DNA of 64,000 bases from an uncultured Actinomycetes bacterium (GCA_963725665.1 CAVRZA010000006.1:96001-160000), one strand, 5' to 3'. Positions 49,506-60,441 are shown, numbered from the stretch's first letter. A program made the numbers and translations. Notes: a model not told the origin generated them from the sequence alone.

Positions 49506-49690
49506 TCACGAGGAGATGAACAGCTTCTCGCAGAAGCCCGTGCGAGACATCACGTGCGCCTCGCCGTCAGTGATCAGGATCATGTCCTCGAGACGCACGC
49601 CGCCGCCTCCGCGGACGCCGTCGACCCAGACAAAGGGCTCGAGCGCGAAGACCATGCCCGGCTCGAACTCGTACTCCTGCGAGCCGGGCA
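49506..49690 (-). pseudogene. C-terminal relic of an M24 hydrolase
   Basis: PGMVFALEPFVWVDGVRGGGGVRLEDMILITDGE is nearly identical to the C-terminus of 29152..30372; the upstream part is missing. Confidence 0.7.
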
Positions 49691-49867
49691 GGTCTCGTTC
49701 GCTCCGCAACTCACGAGGGTCGAGCCGACTGTCGTGTCCCACATCGAACTGACAGCGCGCGTATCGATCCACGCCAACACCTGCTTTCTCGGGGAAGCCG
49801 CCGCACCGCGTACGCCGATCGGGCGCCTCGCGGCGACGAGCTAAGAGCCTTGCCTCGTGCATGAGAT

Positions 49868-51025
49868 TCACGGCAGGATGCTCATGAGACCTTCGTGAGG
49901 GGCGAGGGTGAGGGCCCCCGCCTCACAGACCTCCTTGCACGCACTGCAGAGGTTGCATCCGAAGACGTCGACCGACAGCGCGTCGCCCTCACGCTTCAGC
50001 GCCCCCGTGGGGCAGACGTCTGCGCACGCGCAGCATCCCTCGACGCAGGCGTCGGCAACGATCGTCGGCCGCTGGGAGACGCGGCTTCGGTAGAAGTCGA
50101 TGCTTGTGCATCCCGTTCCGATGCCCGCCCGATAGCTGTAGGTCAGCTGCGGTGGCTCGGGGCGGTGATACTCCGCGATCGTCGCGGCGTCTCCAACGAT
50201 GTCGATCGAGCGCAGGTCGGTCTCCCCGAGATCGAGCTCCCTCGCCAATCTCAAGTAGGGGACGTCCTCGACGTCGAAACCGATGATCTTGGCCTGTACG
50301 GTGTCGAGAGCGACGCCGTCGTCCGACGCCAGGATCTTGTTGACCCTCCGCATCTCGGGCGAGCTCGGCCCGTATCCCTCCATCGCCACCACCGCATCCA
50401 TGATCACGAAATCTGGGGGCCGAAGACGGTACATCTCGACGATGATCTCGGCGAAGATCTCCGGCTTGACGGAGAAGTAGTGGTACCAGGCCTTCTGGGC
50501 GCCCACCAGGAGACCGTAGTTGTTCTTCACCGATCCGCTCATCATCGTCAGACCGTGGGTCTTCATCTTCGGCAGGGAGATGTAGACGTCCGCCTCCAGA
50601 ATGGTTCGCGACACCGCTGCCGTGCGCTTGAACGGGCGCTCCAAGGGCACCAGCACCAGGTCCGTGTTGATGTTCCTGTAGTGCTCTGCGGCCGCCTCCT
50701 TGAGGCGCGTGACTGCGAAGACCTTCTCGGAGTTGCCGTAGAACTCGGTCCCGACGGAGTCACCGACGATCACTTGGGCAGGCTCGAGCGTCTCCAGCCT
50801 GTTGAGGACCGCGCGCAGCAGTCTGTAGTCGGTGACGCACGCCGAGGTCTCGGGATCGGCCGCTTTCAGGGCATTGACCTTGACCACGACCCTCTTCCCC
50901 TTGACGTCGGGCTGGAAGACTCTGAACGCCTCGTCGACCGCGTCCGCGCAGTCCTCGTAGGTCGCATCCAGCACCAGTACTTTGCTCATCCGACGCTCGG
51001 CTTCCACTGACGGAGGCGTCTTCAT
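49868..51025 (-). CDS. DUF362 domain protein with C-terminal 2x[4Fe-4S] ferredoxin domain
   Basis: VKVN, GDS, ISLPKMKTH...SGSVKN, MDAVVAMEGYGP, DGVALD, CCACADVCP, CNLCSACKEVC. Confidence 0.85.
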   Translation of the reverse strand: MKTPPSVEAERRMSKVLVLDATYEDCADAVDEAFRVFQPDVKGKRVVVKVNALKAADPETSACVTDYRLLRAVLNRLETLEPAQVIVGDSVGTEFYGNSEKVFAVTRLKEAAAEHYRNINTDLVLVPLERPFKRTAAVSRTILEADVYISLPKMKTHGLTMMSGSVKNNYGLLVGAQKAWYHYFSVKPEIFAEIIVEMYRLRPPDFVIMDAVVAMEGYGPSSPEMRRVNKILASDDGVALDTVQAKIIGFDVEDVPYLRLARELDLGETDLRSIDIVGDAATIAEYHRPEPPQLTYSYRAGIGTGCTSIDFYRSRVSQRPTIVADACVEGCCACADVCPTGALKREGDALSVDVFGCNLCSACKEVCEAGALTLAPHEGLMSILP

Positions 51026-51930
51026 GCGCTCGCGTCGACGCCGTCGTCCGGCGTCTGTGCCATCCGCTCGAGTACCTCGTAGACCGCCGCCGGATCGTGT
51101 TCGGCGTGGCCCGACGCCATGGCCGCGGTGTAGAAGGGCAGCGTCGCCGAGAACAGCGGCGCGGGACAGCCGGCCCCGACCAGTGCCTCACAGATGAGCC
51201 TCAGGTCCTTCTGAAAGACTCTGTTGGTGATCGTCGCCTCGTCCCAAGTGCGCTCGACCATGGAGGGGCCGCGAACCTGGAACATGCGCGAGCTCCCGGC
51301 GCCATCGCCAATCACTCCCACGAGCATCGCTGCGTCGAGCCCGGAGCGCACACCGAGCAGGATGGCTTCCGCTGCCGCCACGTTGTGGATCGCCACCAAG
51401 TGGTTGGCCACCAGCTTCATCTTCGTCCCGTTGCCGAATTCGCCGAGGTCGTGGTGCGCGCGCGAGAACGCCGCCATGATGGGCGCGACCTCCCTGATGG
51501 CCGCGGAGTCTCCGCTGGCGAACACCACCAGATCCGCGCTTCTCGCCTGCGCGCCGGTGCCGGACAGGGGGGCATCGAGCATGACGACGCCGTGATCGGC
51601 GAGAACCTCTCGCGCCTTCTGCTTCGCGACCACAGGCAGGGTGCTCGTCTCAAGCACGATCGCGCCTGCCGAGCAGCTCGCGGCCAGGTCGGAGCAGACC
51701 GCCTCCAACGCGCCGTCCGACGGCAGAGACAGGATGATGAAGCGGCACCTCATCCCCACTTCGCCGGCGTCGGCAGCCGCGATTCCCCCGGCGTGGATCA
51801 GTTGCTCTCGGTACTCAGCGACGAGGTCCGTCCCAACGACATCGAAGCCGGCCTTGACCAGATTGGACGCCATCGCTGATCCCATGTTGCCAAGCCCGAC
51901 CACGCCGACCGTGCCCGAAGTGGCTGACAT
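51022..51930 (-). CDS. Beta-hydroxyacid dehydrogenase (3-hydroxyisobutyrate dehydrogenase family)
   Basis: GLGNMG, ETST, DAPLSG, KLVAN, KDL. Confidence 0.88.
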   Translation of the reverse strand: MSATSGTVGVVGLGNMGSAMASNLVKAGFDVVGTDLVAEYREQLIHAGGIAAADAGEVGMRCRFIILSLPSDGALEAVCSDLAASCSAGAIVLETSTLPVVAKQKAREVLADHGVVMLDAPLSGTGAQARSADLVVFASGDSAAIREVAPIMAAFSRAHHDLGEFGNGTKMKLVANHLVAIHNVAAAEAILLGVRSGLDAAMLVGVIGDGAGSSRMFQVRGPSMVERTWDEATITNRVFQKDLRLICEALVGAGCPAPLFSATLPFYTAAMASGHAEHDPAAVYEVLERMAQTPDDGVDASA

Positions 51931-52132
51931 CTGCCTCTCCCTCATTCGCGCTTCAATCTTTCGCCGCCTCGCATGACGGGCCGCGCCGGCTATCGCACTA
52001 CGGGCCGTCTGTGAGCCGGCAGGAACACCGCTCCGGAGCACGACCCGAGTCCGGTGCGGCTCCGGGGACCCGGCTCGACACTCCCGCCAAGCGTCTGCCT
52101 GAGGCGTGACATCCCCCATCAGGTGGTCCGCC

Positions 52133-53128
52133 TCAGACCAGCTTCAACAGCCTCTCCGCGTTCCCACCCAGGATCTTGGCTTTGTCCGCGTTCGAGATCA
52201 GGGCGTTATGCTCTACGGATCTCACAGGCTCGGCCGGGCCCATATCGAAGGGGTAGTCGGATCCAATCATGATGTGGTCGGCGCCCACGGTGTCCACGAG
52301 GAACTCGAGCGCGCGTTCGGAGTGAGTGATGCTGTCGAAGTAGAGATGCTTGAAGTACTCGCTCGGCGGCTTGTCGGTCTTGACCTTGGTCTCGGTGCGC
52401 GCCTGATAGCCGTGCTCCCAGCGTCCGACGATGTAGGGCGCCGTGCCACCGCCGTGGCTGAAGCACAGCTTGAGCCTCGGGAACTCCTCGAGCAGGCCGG
52501 AGAACACGACGTCGGCGATGCTCCTGGCCGTGTCCGAGACAAAGCCGACGAGGTTGACCAAGTGGTATACGCGCAGACTGTCTGCCCCGAAAGGGCTGTA
52601 GGGGTGTACGAAGACGAAGGCGCCAAGATCTTCCACGGCCGCCCAGAAGGGCCGCAGGCTGGGGTCGCCGAGGTAGACACCCTGGATGTTGGTACCGATC
52701 TCGACACCGGGCATCTGCAGGTCGCGGACCGCCCTCTCGAGCTCCTTCACCGCGAGATCGACGTCCTGCAGCGGCACGACGCCCAATCCGGCCAGCCGCG
52801 TGGGGTACAGGGCCACCGCACCGGCGATGGCGTCGTTCTGTACCTGACACGCGTAGAGCCCCGTCTTGCCGTCGAGGTGGTACAGGAACAGGGGTGGCAC
52901 CGGCGACACGGCCATGAGGTCGACCTTGGTGGCATCGAGGTTCTCAATGACCCTGGGCCAGTCCACGGCTTCCTTCGGGATCGGCCCTTCGTTCATTCCG
53001 TTGGTCCGCATCATCTGCCGGCCATCGGCCTCGCGCCAGATCTCGGGCCTCCAGCTCTCGTCATGAGATGACGATCGCAGGATCTCCTCGACCACGATAT
53101 GTCCGTGCACATCTATGTTCACAGTCAC
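52133..53128 (-). CDS. Amidohydrolase-2 family protein (ACMSD-like)
   Basis: IDVHGH, QND, VPLQD, EIGT, FVHP, SHGGG..PY..GR, YFDS, GSDYPFDM. Confidence 0.88.
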   Translation of the reverse strand: MTVNIDVHGHIVVEEILRSSSHDESWRPEIWREADGRQMMRTNGMNEGPIPKEAVDWPRVIENLDATKVDLMAVSPVPPLFLYHLDGKTGLYACQVQNDAIAGAVALYPTRLAGLGVVPLQDVDLAVKELERAVRDLQMPGVEIGTNIQGVYLGDPSLRPFWAAVEDLGAFVFVHPYSPFGADSLRVYHLVNLVGFVSDTARSIADVVFSGLLEEFPRLKLCFSHGGGTAPYIVGRWEHGYQARTETKVKTDKPPSEYFKHLYFDSITHSERALEFLVDTVGADHIMIGSDYPFDMGPAEPVRSVEHNALISNADKAKILGGNAERLLKLV

Positions 53129-53268
53129 CCACTCCCTACTCAGAAGACGTTTCCCCTGACACCAGACAGAGGGGACCCCTGCTGCTGTCGCGCGCACCAG
53201 ACCGCGGGTGACGGCCGCTCTCGGAGACAGGCCTGCGCCGCACGACCACACCCGGCACTGCGAGAAGA

Positions 53269-54054
53269 CTAGGCGGCCGTCTCTCCCCCCATCGTAAGAT
53301 CCGCTTGGGCCTGGAGATCGAAGAAGTGCGTCGTGAAATCGGCCATGACCTGTGTCACGGCCGGGTTGGTGAACTCGCGAGGCCTGGGCAGGTCGTTGGT
53401 CCAGTCGTCCAGCATCTTGCCGTTCCTGCCGAAGACGAGGATCCGGTCGGCCAGGAGGATGCCCTCGTTCAGGTCGTGGGTGACGAACAGGATCGTCTTG
53501 CGCGTCTCCGACCAGATGCGCCACAACTCGCTGCGCAGGTTCTCGGCGGTGATCTCGTCCAGATGGCTGAACGGCTCGTCCATGAGGAGCACGTCCGGGT
53601 CGATCGCCAGGGCACGCGCGATGCCGGCGCGTTGCTGCATGCCGCCGGAGAGCGCCAAAGGATAGGTCTTGTGCTCCGCCTGCAGCCCCACTACCTCGAG
53701 GTAGCGCTCGGCCGCAGCGCGATACTGCGTCTTGTCAGCGTCGGCCGGCTTCACGAACAGCATGTTGTCCATGACCGTCATCCACGGCAGCAACCGCGGC
53801 GCCTGAAACACATAGCCCACCCGGGCCTCCCCGGCGCCTTCGTGAGCGATCGAGATGTCTCCCGACGTCAGCGGCTCCGTGCCCGCCAGGATGTTGAGGA
53901 GCGTGCTCTTGCCACAGCCTGAAGGACCCACGATGGTGCAGAAGCTCGATTCCGCCACGCCGAAACTGACGTCCTCCAGCACGCGCTTGTCGGGCTTCCC
54001 CCTCCCCGCAGGGAAGTGTTTGGTGAGATTCCTTATGACTATCTTGTCGGACAT
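53269..54054 (-). CDS. NitT/TauT ABC transporter ATPase
   Basis: MSDKIVIRNL; GPSGCGKST, LSGGMQQR, MDEPFSHLD, VTHD. Confidence 0.9.
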   Translation of the reverse strand: MSDKIVIRNLTKHFPAGRGKPDKRVLEDVSFGVAESSFCTIVGPSGCGKSTLLNILAGTEPLTSGDISIAHEGAGEARVGYVFQAPRLLPWMTVMDNMLFVKPADADKTQYRAAAERYLEVVGLQAEHKTYPLALSGGMQQRAGIARALAIDPDVLLMDEPFSHLDEITAENLRSELWRIWSETRKTILFVTHDLNEGILLADRILVFGRNGKMLDDWTNDLPRPREFTNPAVTQVMADFTTHFFDLQAQADLTMGGETAA

Positions 54055-54894
54055 TACCTCAGGTCCCCAATCTTTGGACGCCAACGGAACGTGTGCTTCT
54101 CGAAGGTGGAAAAGACCGCCAGCTCGAACACCATCATGACGGCGGCGAACGTGATGATCCAGACGAAGACCCCGGCCAGCGAGCTGCGCTCGTACTGGCC
54201 CTCGATCTCCCAACCCATCCCCGAGCTCGCCCCGAAGATCTCCAGGATCGCGATGGTCTTCCACACCATGGCGAAGGCCTGCCGTGCTGAGGCGAAGATG
54301 AACGGCATCATCGAAGGCATCATGATCTTGCGCAAGATCACCAGCTTCGGCAGCCGGTACACGCGGGCCATGCGCAGCATGTCGCGATCGACGGCCGCCA
54401 CGCCTTCGTAGACGTTCACCGCCGTGAAGGGGAAGGCGACGGCGGCTCCCGCCACGATCGGCGCCATGAGCGAGCCGCCGAACCAGAGCACTGCGAGCAA
54501 GGCCCAGATCACCAGCGGCAAGGCCATGAAGAACAGCACCAAGTCGCGCAGGATCCCGTTGAAGACCCTCCCCGACGCCATGAGAATGCCGATCGGTATG
54601 CCGATCGCCATCGCCACAGCCCACGCGGCGATGATGCGCAGCATCGTGATGCCGATCGGCCTGAAGCGGGTTGTCGTTCACGGCGATGTGCTTCGCCTCA
54701 CGCAGCACGTCCGCAGGTCCGGGAATGACGTCAGCCGGCAGCAACGCAGCGGCGATCAGCCAGCCCGCGAGAAGGGCCAGCACGGACGCCACTTTGGGCT
54801 GGAGCACGGTCTTGAACAGGATCTTCTTCCACGGTGGGTCCTCGGGCTGCACGCCGATACTGACGTCACCGAACTGATGCGCTTCAGAGTACAT
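54054..54894 (-). CDS. NitT/TauT ABC permease (frameshift ~54660)
   Basis: N-part IPGPADV joins ORF 54054..54644 (GIPIGILM, EGVAAVDR, EIFG...GMG). Confidence 0.82.
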
Positions 54895-54951
54895 CGCGCC
54901 TCGCTCCCCGCGGGTGTTCGCCGATGGAGCCCACTCGGGACGATCTCACCA

Positions 54952-55851
54952 TCAGATGACCTCTTCGATCTCGGGGCGCCATCTCAACATGTACTTGCGG
55001 AACGGCCGGATGATGGCGTACTCGATCGCCACAATGACGAGTGCGAACCAGACCACCCAAGCCAGCATCATGGCGCTGTCGAAGAACTCGAAGCCGGTGC
55101 GGATCATGAAGCCGATCCCGGTGCTGGCTCCGAACAGCTCGGCGATGGTCACCATCTTCCAGCTGTTGGCGAAGTTCTGACGCACCGCGCCCACGAGGTA
55201 AGGCGTCAGCGACGGCAGGACGATCCTCCGGATCATCGCGCCACGCTGGACCTTGAAGGCACGCCCCATGTCCAGCAGCTCCCTGTCGATGTTCTTCACG
55301 CCCTCGAACACGTTGACCGCGACGTAGGGGAAGATGATGAAGACCACGGCGATGAACACCGCGGTCTCGTTGATGCCGAACCAGAGCACGCAGAGCATCG
55401 CCCAGACGATGCCCGGCATCGAGAGGGCCATGTACACCCAGTTGCGGGTGAAGCTCTCCCAGTAGCTGTTGATGCCCATCACGATGCCGAGGGCAGTGCC
55501 GATCACCATCGCCCCGATCAAGGCATACACGGTGCGCTGCAGGGTCGCCGTGAGCTGTGGCCAGAGGTCGCCGCTGCTCAGGATCTGCCACATCTCCTCC
55601 CACACCGCTTGAGGCGTGGGGAAGACGTACTTCGGCGTGAACAGCGTGATCACAAACCACGCAATCAGGACGACGACGACCGCGCCAAGGTGGATCAGTA
55701 CGCGGCCCCACGGGCCCCACGTCCCTTCGCGCGGCGCCTTCACCTTGGAGGCGGCGGTGAGCGCGGTCATGACCGGAGCTGGAGCTTCCAGCTCTTCTTC
55801 CAAGATAGAAGCTTTGTCGGCTTCCGTCATAGAGGCTTTGTCGGCTGCCAT
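54952..55851 (-). CDS. NitT/TauT ABC permease
   Basis: FPTP, TLQR, EGVKNIDRELLDM, SWK...AELFG..GIG. Confidence 0.9.
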   Translation of the reverse strand: MAADKASMTEADKASILEEELEAPAPVMTALTAASKVKAPREGTWGPWGRVLIHLGAVVVVLIAWFVITLFTPKYVFPTPQAVWEEMWQILSSGDLWPQLTATLQRTVYALIGAMVIGTALGIVMGINSYWESFTRNWVYMALSMPGIVWAMLCVLWFGINETAVFIAVVFIIFPYVAVNVFEGVKNIDRELLDMGRAFKVQRGAMIRRIVLPSLTPYLVGAVRQNFANSWKMVTIAELFGASTGIGFMIRTGFEFFDSAMMLAWVVWFALVIVAIEYAIIRPFRKYMLRWRPEIEEVI

Positions 55852-55974
55852 CCGCTACCTCCTTCGCGGCGTCGTGTCGGTCACTTTCGGCGGCGACGGA
55901 GCGCCGGTGTGGCCGCCACGGTGCGTCCCCAAAAGGCGCCCGGGAAGGCGTGCGTCGCCACGGTCGATACCGGT

Positions 55975-56026
55975 CGGCAGCAGAAGTCGTGAGATCCTGC
56001 GACCGTCGTCACGACTTCTGCTGCCG
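55975..56026 (-). terminator. Intercistronic 18-bp hairpin after the binding-protein genes
   Basis: CGGCAGCAGAAGTCGTGA-N16-TCACGACTTCTGCTGCCG. Confidence 0.55.
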
Positions 56027-56046
56027 CTCTCGGCAGACCGAACCGG

Positions 56047-57259
56047 TCACGCGCTGGGGCTGGGCGCAGGGCTGGAGCTCGTCGGCGGCTGGGCCTCCGG
56101 TGGAGCACCAGCCGGAGACGCCATGGTCTTGAACTGCGGATCGGGCGTGCTCTCCTTGACGAACCCTTGCTCCTTCAGAAGGGTGAACACGGCCTTCTCG
56201 TTCTGTGCCCAAGTCGGGTCGATGTAGACCGTCCTCACGCACTGATCGTGCATCTGGTCGTCCTCGTTCAGGTAGTTCAGGAACCACTTGACCTCGGCAT
56301 CGTTGGTCGTCGTGAACAGGTCGGGGTAGGCCCGGATGATCGACTCCTTGTCGCCATACCACGCGTTGACGCCCTCCTGCCACATGAGGTTGAACCCCTC
56401 CGCGGCCTTCGGGTTCTCGTCCAGCCACTCCGGGGTGGTCACCCACAGGTTGCAGGCGACCTGGCGCACCGCCGTCGGGTCGAGGTACGTCTGATACCAC
56501 TCGTAGCCTGTGGGCTGCTCGGGATAGAGCCAGCGGTGCTCGCCGGATTTCACGTAGGGAATCTCGAAGTCGATGAGGCCAAAGGAGGCCTCAGCGTCAC
56601 CCTTCGACAACGCGGCCGGCATCGCGGGGAACTCCTGCACGTTCACCTTGTAGTCGCCGCCGCCGAGGCGCAGGTCGACACCGTACTTCTTCTTGAACAT
56701 CGCCGCGTACATGAGCATCGAGGCGCCGGTCCCCGCAGTGGAGATCCTCTTGCCGACGAGGTCCTCCATCGTCTTGTACGGCGAATCGCTCCTCACGAAG
56801 ATCGGAGTCGCGCATCAGGTTGTAGACACCGAAACTGACGAACTCCCTGCCCGCGTTCTCGGCCACGAAGGGGACCTCATAGGTGCCCATCGAGGCGATG
56901 TCGGCGTGACCGCCCACGAACCACGCAGTCTCGTCCCAGGTCGTCGTGTTGACGATCTTGAAGTTGTACCTCTCTTCCCACTTCGCCACGATCCCCGTGT
57001 CCTTCATGAAGTTCCACACCGGATCGGGGGCGAAGACGAAACGCACCACCGTCGGCTCGGCCGCCCGCAGCACCGGAGGCTGCGCGAGCCGCTGGTACTG
57101 CTGCTGCCACAACTCGCGACCACGGTCGGCAGGGCGCCCGCGAGGCCGATGGCCCCGGCGGCGAGCCCCGCTTTCGCCAGGAAGGTACGGCGCGTGATCC
57201 CAGCGGAGGCACCGCCGGCGAGGTCGGCCTTCACGTCACTATGCGTCACTCTGTCCCAT
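56047..57259 (-). CDS. ABC substrate-binding Tat lipoprotein (frameshifted)
   Basis: TRRTFLAK...VASC | VRFVFAPDPVW...GGHADIASMG | SPYKTMEDLVGK...; three or more frames joined. Confidence 0.78.
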
Positions 57260-57470
57260 TGTCTCCCCCTAGCCTCGGAACCGACGGACTCGTCGGCCCG
57301 TATCAGCGGGCGTTGCCGGTAGCGCACACCGCCTCAGCACGGCGGCCGCCTGACTGGTGCAGCCCAAGCCGAATCATCACCACGCGCCTGCGGACTGCCG
57401 CCGGCGCTTGGCAGGGGCCGCCCATTCGCGGCAGCCCCTGCGCTTGCCTACTGCACTCCCCTCCAGAGCA

Positions 57471-58690
57471 TCAGACGGGTGAGGGCGGCGATTCCGAGGG
57501 CGGCAGAGCCTTCGTGGGGGCATCGGCCGGCGAGGCCATGATCTTCCACGCCGTGTGCGGCGCCTCCGGCGGGATGGTGCCGGTCTGCTTGCAGAGGTCG
57601 ACGACCTTGCGTCTCCTTCTCCGTCCAGGTCTGGTCCATGTAGACCGTCTTGCACGCAGGAGTCGTGGTTCTCGAGGTAGCTCAGGAACCACTGCAGTTC
57701 CTTGTCGTTCTTGACGGTGTAGAGGTCGGGGTACGCCATGATGCTGGCCTGCTTGTCGGCCCAGTACTCGTTGACACCCACCTGCCACATCATGTTGAAC
57801 CCTTCGGCACAGCTTGGGATTCTTGTCCACCCAGTCCTTCTGCCCCACGAAGAGGTTCATCATCACGCCGACGTGCTGCTTGGTGGGGTCGAAGTTCTCG
57901 CGGTAGAACTCCCACCCAGTCGGCTGGTCGGGCCAGAGCCAGCGGTGCGTACCGTTGACCATGTAGGGGATCTCGTAGTCGATGAGGCCGACGCAGGCGT
58001 CGATGTCGCCCTTGTCCAGCGAGGTCGGCATGGCGTCGAACTCCTGCACGTTGCACTTGAAGTCGCCGCCGCCGAGCTTCAGGTCCAGGTTGTACTTCTT
58101 GAGGATCATGGCCCGCCACATGATCGCGTCGGCGCCGCCGCCGCTCACGGCGATCCTCTTGCCCTTGAGGTCCTCGATGGTCTTGTACGGGGAGTCGGCC
58201 TTCACGAAGATGGTGTTGCGCATCATGTTGTACTGGCCGAACGCGACGAACTCCTTGCCGGAGTTCAACTCGATGGTCGGCGTCTCGTAGCTGGCCAGTC
58301 GACGCGATGTCCGCGTGGCCACCGATGAACCAGGCGGTCTCGTCCCAGGTCGTCGTGTTGACGATCTTCATGTTGTACTTCTCTTCGTACCGGGCGACGA
58401 TGCCGGTGTCCTTCATGTAGTTCCAGATGGGGTCCGGCGCGAAGACGAAGCGGACGATCGCCGCCTCCCCGGCGGTGACCGGGCGACGCGGGACTGCGGT
58501 GCTGCTGCTGCTGCTCCCGCAGCTCGCGGCGACCGCCGGCAGGGCGCCCGCGAGGCCGATCCCCGCCGCCGCCAGGCCTGCCTTGGCGATGAAGCTGCGG
58601 CGAGTCAGGCCGGTCTCCGTACCCGTCGCCGCTCGTGATCTCGGGTCGCGCGTCAGTGGGCGTATCGTGCGGTTTCTCGTGCTGTCCCAT
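57471..58690 (-). CDS. ABC substrate-binding Tat lipoprotein, tandem paralogue (frameshifted)
   Basis: MGQ.. | TRRSFIAK...AASC...VRFVFAPDPIW...GGHADIAS | SPYKTIEDLKGK... Confidence 0.78.
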
Positions 58691-58876
58691 GCGACTCTCC
58701 CCCTGCTCTCCATGGTTCCTTGATTCACCGGACGAGTGGGCGCGACCTAGCGTGCGCTCCCATCCGCTGACTGCCGTGAGGCGGCCGCGAGCCCCAATAA
58801 CGTCGACATTATAGCCAAGCGAGCCAAGGTCCGCTTGTACAAAAAGGCACAACCTCCGTCGGCGTTGGCGGCCTAC

Positions 58877-60022
58877 TCATACCTCCACCCATATCCCTTC
58901 ACGGCTCGAGCGCTGCGCGGCACCGGTGATCTTCGCGACCGCGAGCCCGTCGGCGAAGGAGGCGCTCGCCATGCGCTCTTCGGCGATGGCGGCAAGGAAG
59001 TTCTTGAGCTCGATGACCATGCCATCCGAGTAGCCCATGCCCATGCCGGCAAGGTGGATGAAGGCTCTGGCCTCCGGGAAGGCCGGCCCCATCAGCAGCG
59101 TGCAAAAACCCTGCCGGTTGCGAGGACCGGTCGCGTCGTACCATTCGAGCTCGTTCATGCGCTCGCTGTTGTAACGCAGTGAGCCCGTGCTGCCATTGAC
59201 CTCCCAACCGTGGTGGTGTTTGTCGCCCCAGGCCAGCCACGTCGTCTCGATGACTCCGGTCGCTCCCTGCGCAAAGCGCACCAGCATGCCGGTCATGTCG
59301 TCGACGTCCACGGGCCGCCTGGCATCGGTGCCAGGCACAGGGCGCTCCGTTATGTGCGTCTTCGACAGAGCCGAGACGCTGTGGAAATCACCGGCCAGGA
59401 ACCTGGCCATATCGAGGTCGTGGGACCCGAGCGTCCCAAGGGCGCCCGCCCCAGCCTCCTCGGCGCTGAAACGCCAGGCCCAGGGGGACTCCGGCGACGC
59501 CTTGTCGTCGATGGCGAACAGCCCCCGGAAGTGATAGATCTCGCCGAGCTCGCCGGAGTCGATGATCTCTTTGGCGGTCAGGCTCGCAGGCAGATGACGG
59601 TAGTTGAAGCCGATCATATTGACGACGCCGGCGCGATCGACGGCATCCACCATGCGTTTCGCCTCGGCGACGGTGTTGGCCAGCGGCTTCTCACAGAAGA
59701 CGTGCTTGCCGGCGCCCGCCGCGGCCACCGCGACGGCCTCGTGGAAGCGGTTGCCGACGCAGATGTCGACCGCGTCGACCTCCGGGTCGTCGAGCGCGGC
59801 CTGCCAGTCGAGAGCTACCCTTTCGACGTCGAAGCGCTCGGCCGCCCGACGAGCCGCGGGCTCGTCCACGTCGACGACCATCTTCAGGCGTGGCGTGGCC
59901 GGCATGTCGGGGTACATGTCGCGGATGCGGCGATAAATCTGACAGTGGACCTGGCCGATCCACCCGACCCCGATCACCGCTATTCCGATATCGCGTGGAG
60001 TCGGCATCCGATCACTTGTCAC
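58877..60022 (-). CDS. Gfo/Idh/MocA family dehydrogenase (inositol/levoglucosan dehydrogenase-like)
   Basis: IGVGWIG, GKHVFCEKP, GFNYR, GALGTLGSHDLD, VDVDD, ERMNEL. Confidence 0.9.
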   Translation of the reverse strand: MTSDRMPTPRDIGIAVIGVGWIGQVHCQIYRRIRDMYPDMPATPRLKMVVDVDEPAARRAAERFDVERVALDWQAALDDPEVDAVDICVGNRFHEAVAVAAAGAGKHVFCEKPLANTVAEAKRMVDAVDRAGVVNMIGFNYRHLPASLTAKEIIDSGELGEIYHFRGLFAIDDKASPESPWAWRFSAEEAGAGALGTLGSHDLDMARFLAGDFHSVSALSKTHITERPVPGTDARRPVDVDDMTGMLVRFAQGATGVIETTWLAWGDKHHHGWEVNGSTGSLRYNSERMNELEWYDATGPRNRQGFCTLLMGPAFPEARAFIHLAGMGMGYSDGMVIELKNFLAAIAEERMASASFADGLAVAKITGAAQRSSREGIWVEV

Positions 60023-60409
60023 TCTGTCCGCCGGCCGGCTGAAGAGGTTGTGCAGTGTCTCGCTGCCAAAGCCGAGAGAGGGGTGGGGTGGAGAAGGATT
60101 GCGGGACCGGAGTCATGTCAGAATAGTCCCGGTCGCCTGTGCGGACTGTGTCTTGTACCCCTTCCCACAGCAAGGCGCATGCGGCAGACGCCACACGGTC
60201 GATGTCGCCTCGTCCCAGGTCTCCGGTCCCCCACGTTGCTGGCTCCCCCTGCCGGCGGCCTTCGTCGGCTAACCATAGTCCTTCTGCTCCGGCATACATA
60301 CCCAAGTCGGCCTCGTTGGAGTGTGCCATGCAGAACATCGTGCCGCACAACCACACTACACGAGCGAGGCTACCCGTAGAGTGCGAGTGAACAGAAGCAA
60401 CGTGCACTG

Positions 60410-60441
60410 TCTACTTGACAGCGCACGCCGTGTCAAGTAGA
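60410..60441. promoter_or_regulatory. Inverted repeat containing TTGACA on both strands (divergent promoters or XRE operator)
   Basis: TCTACTTGACA-N10-TGTCAAGTAGA between the divergent Gfo/Idh and XRE genes. Confidence 0.6.
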
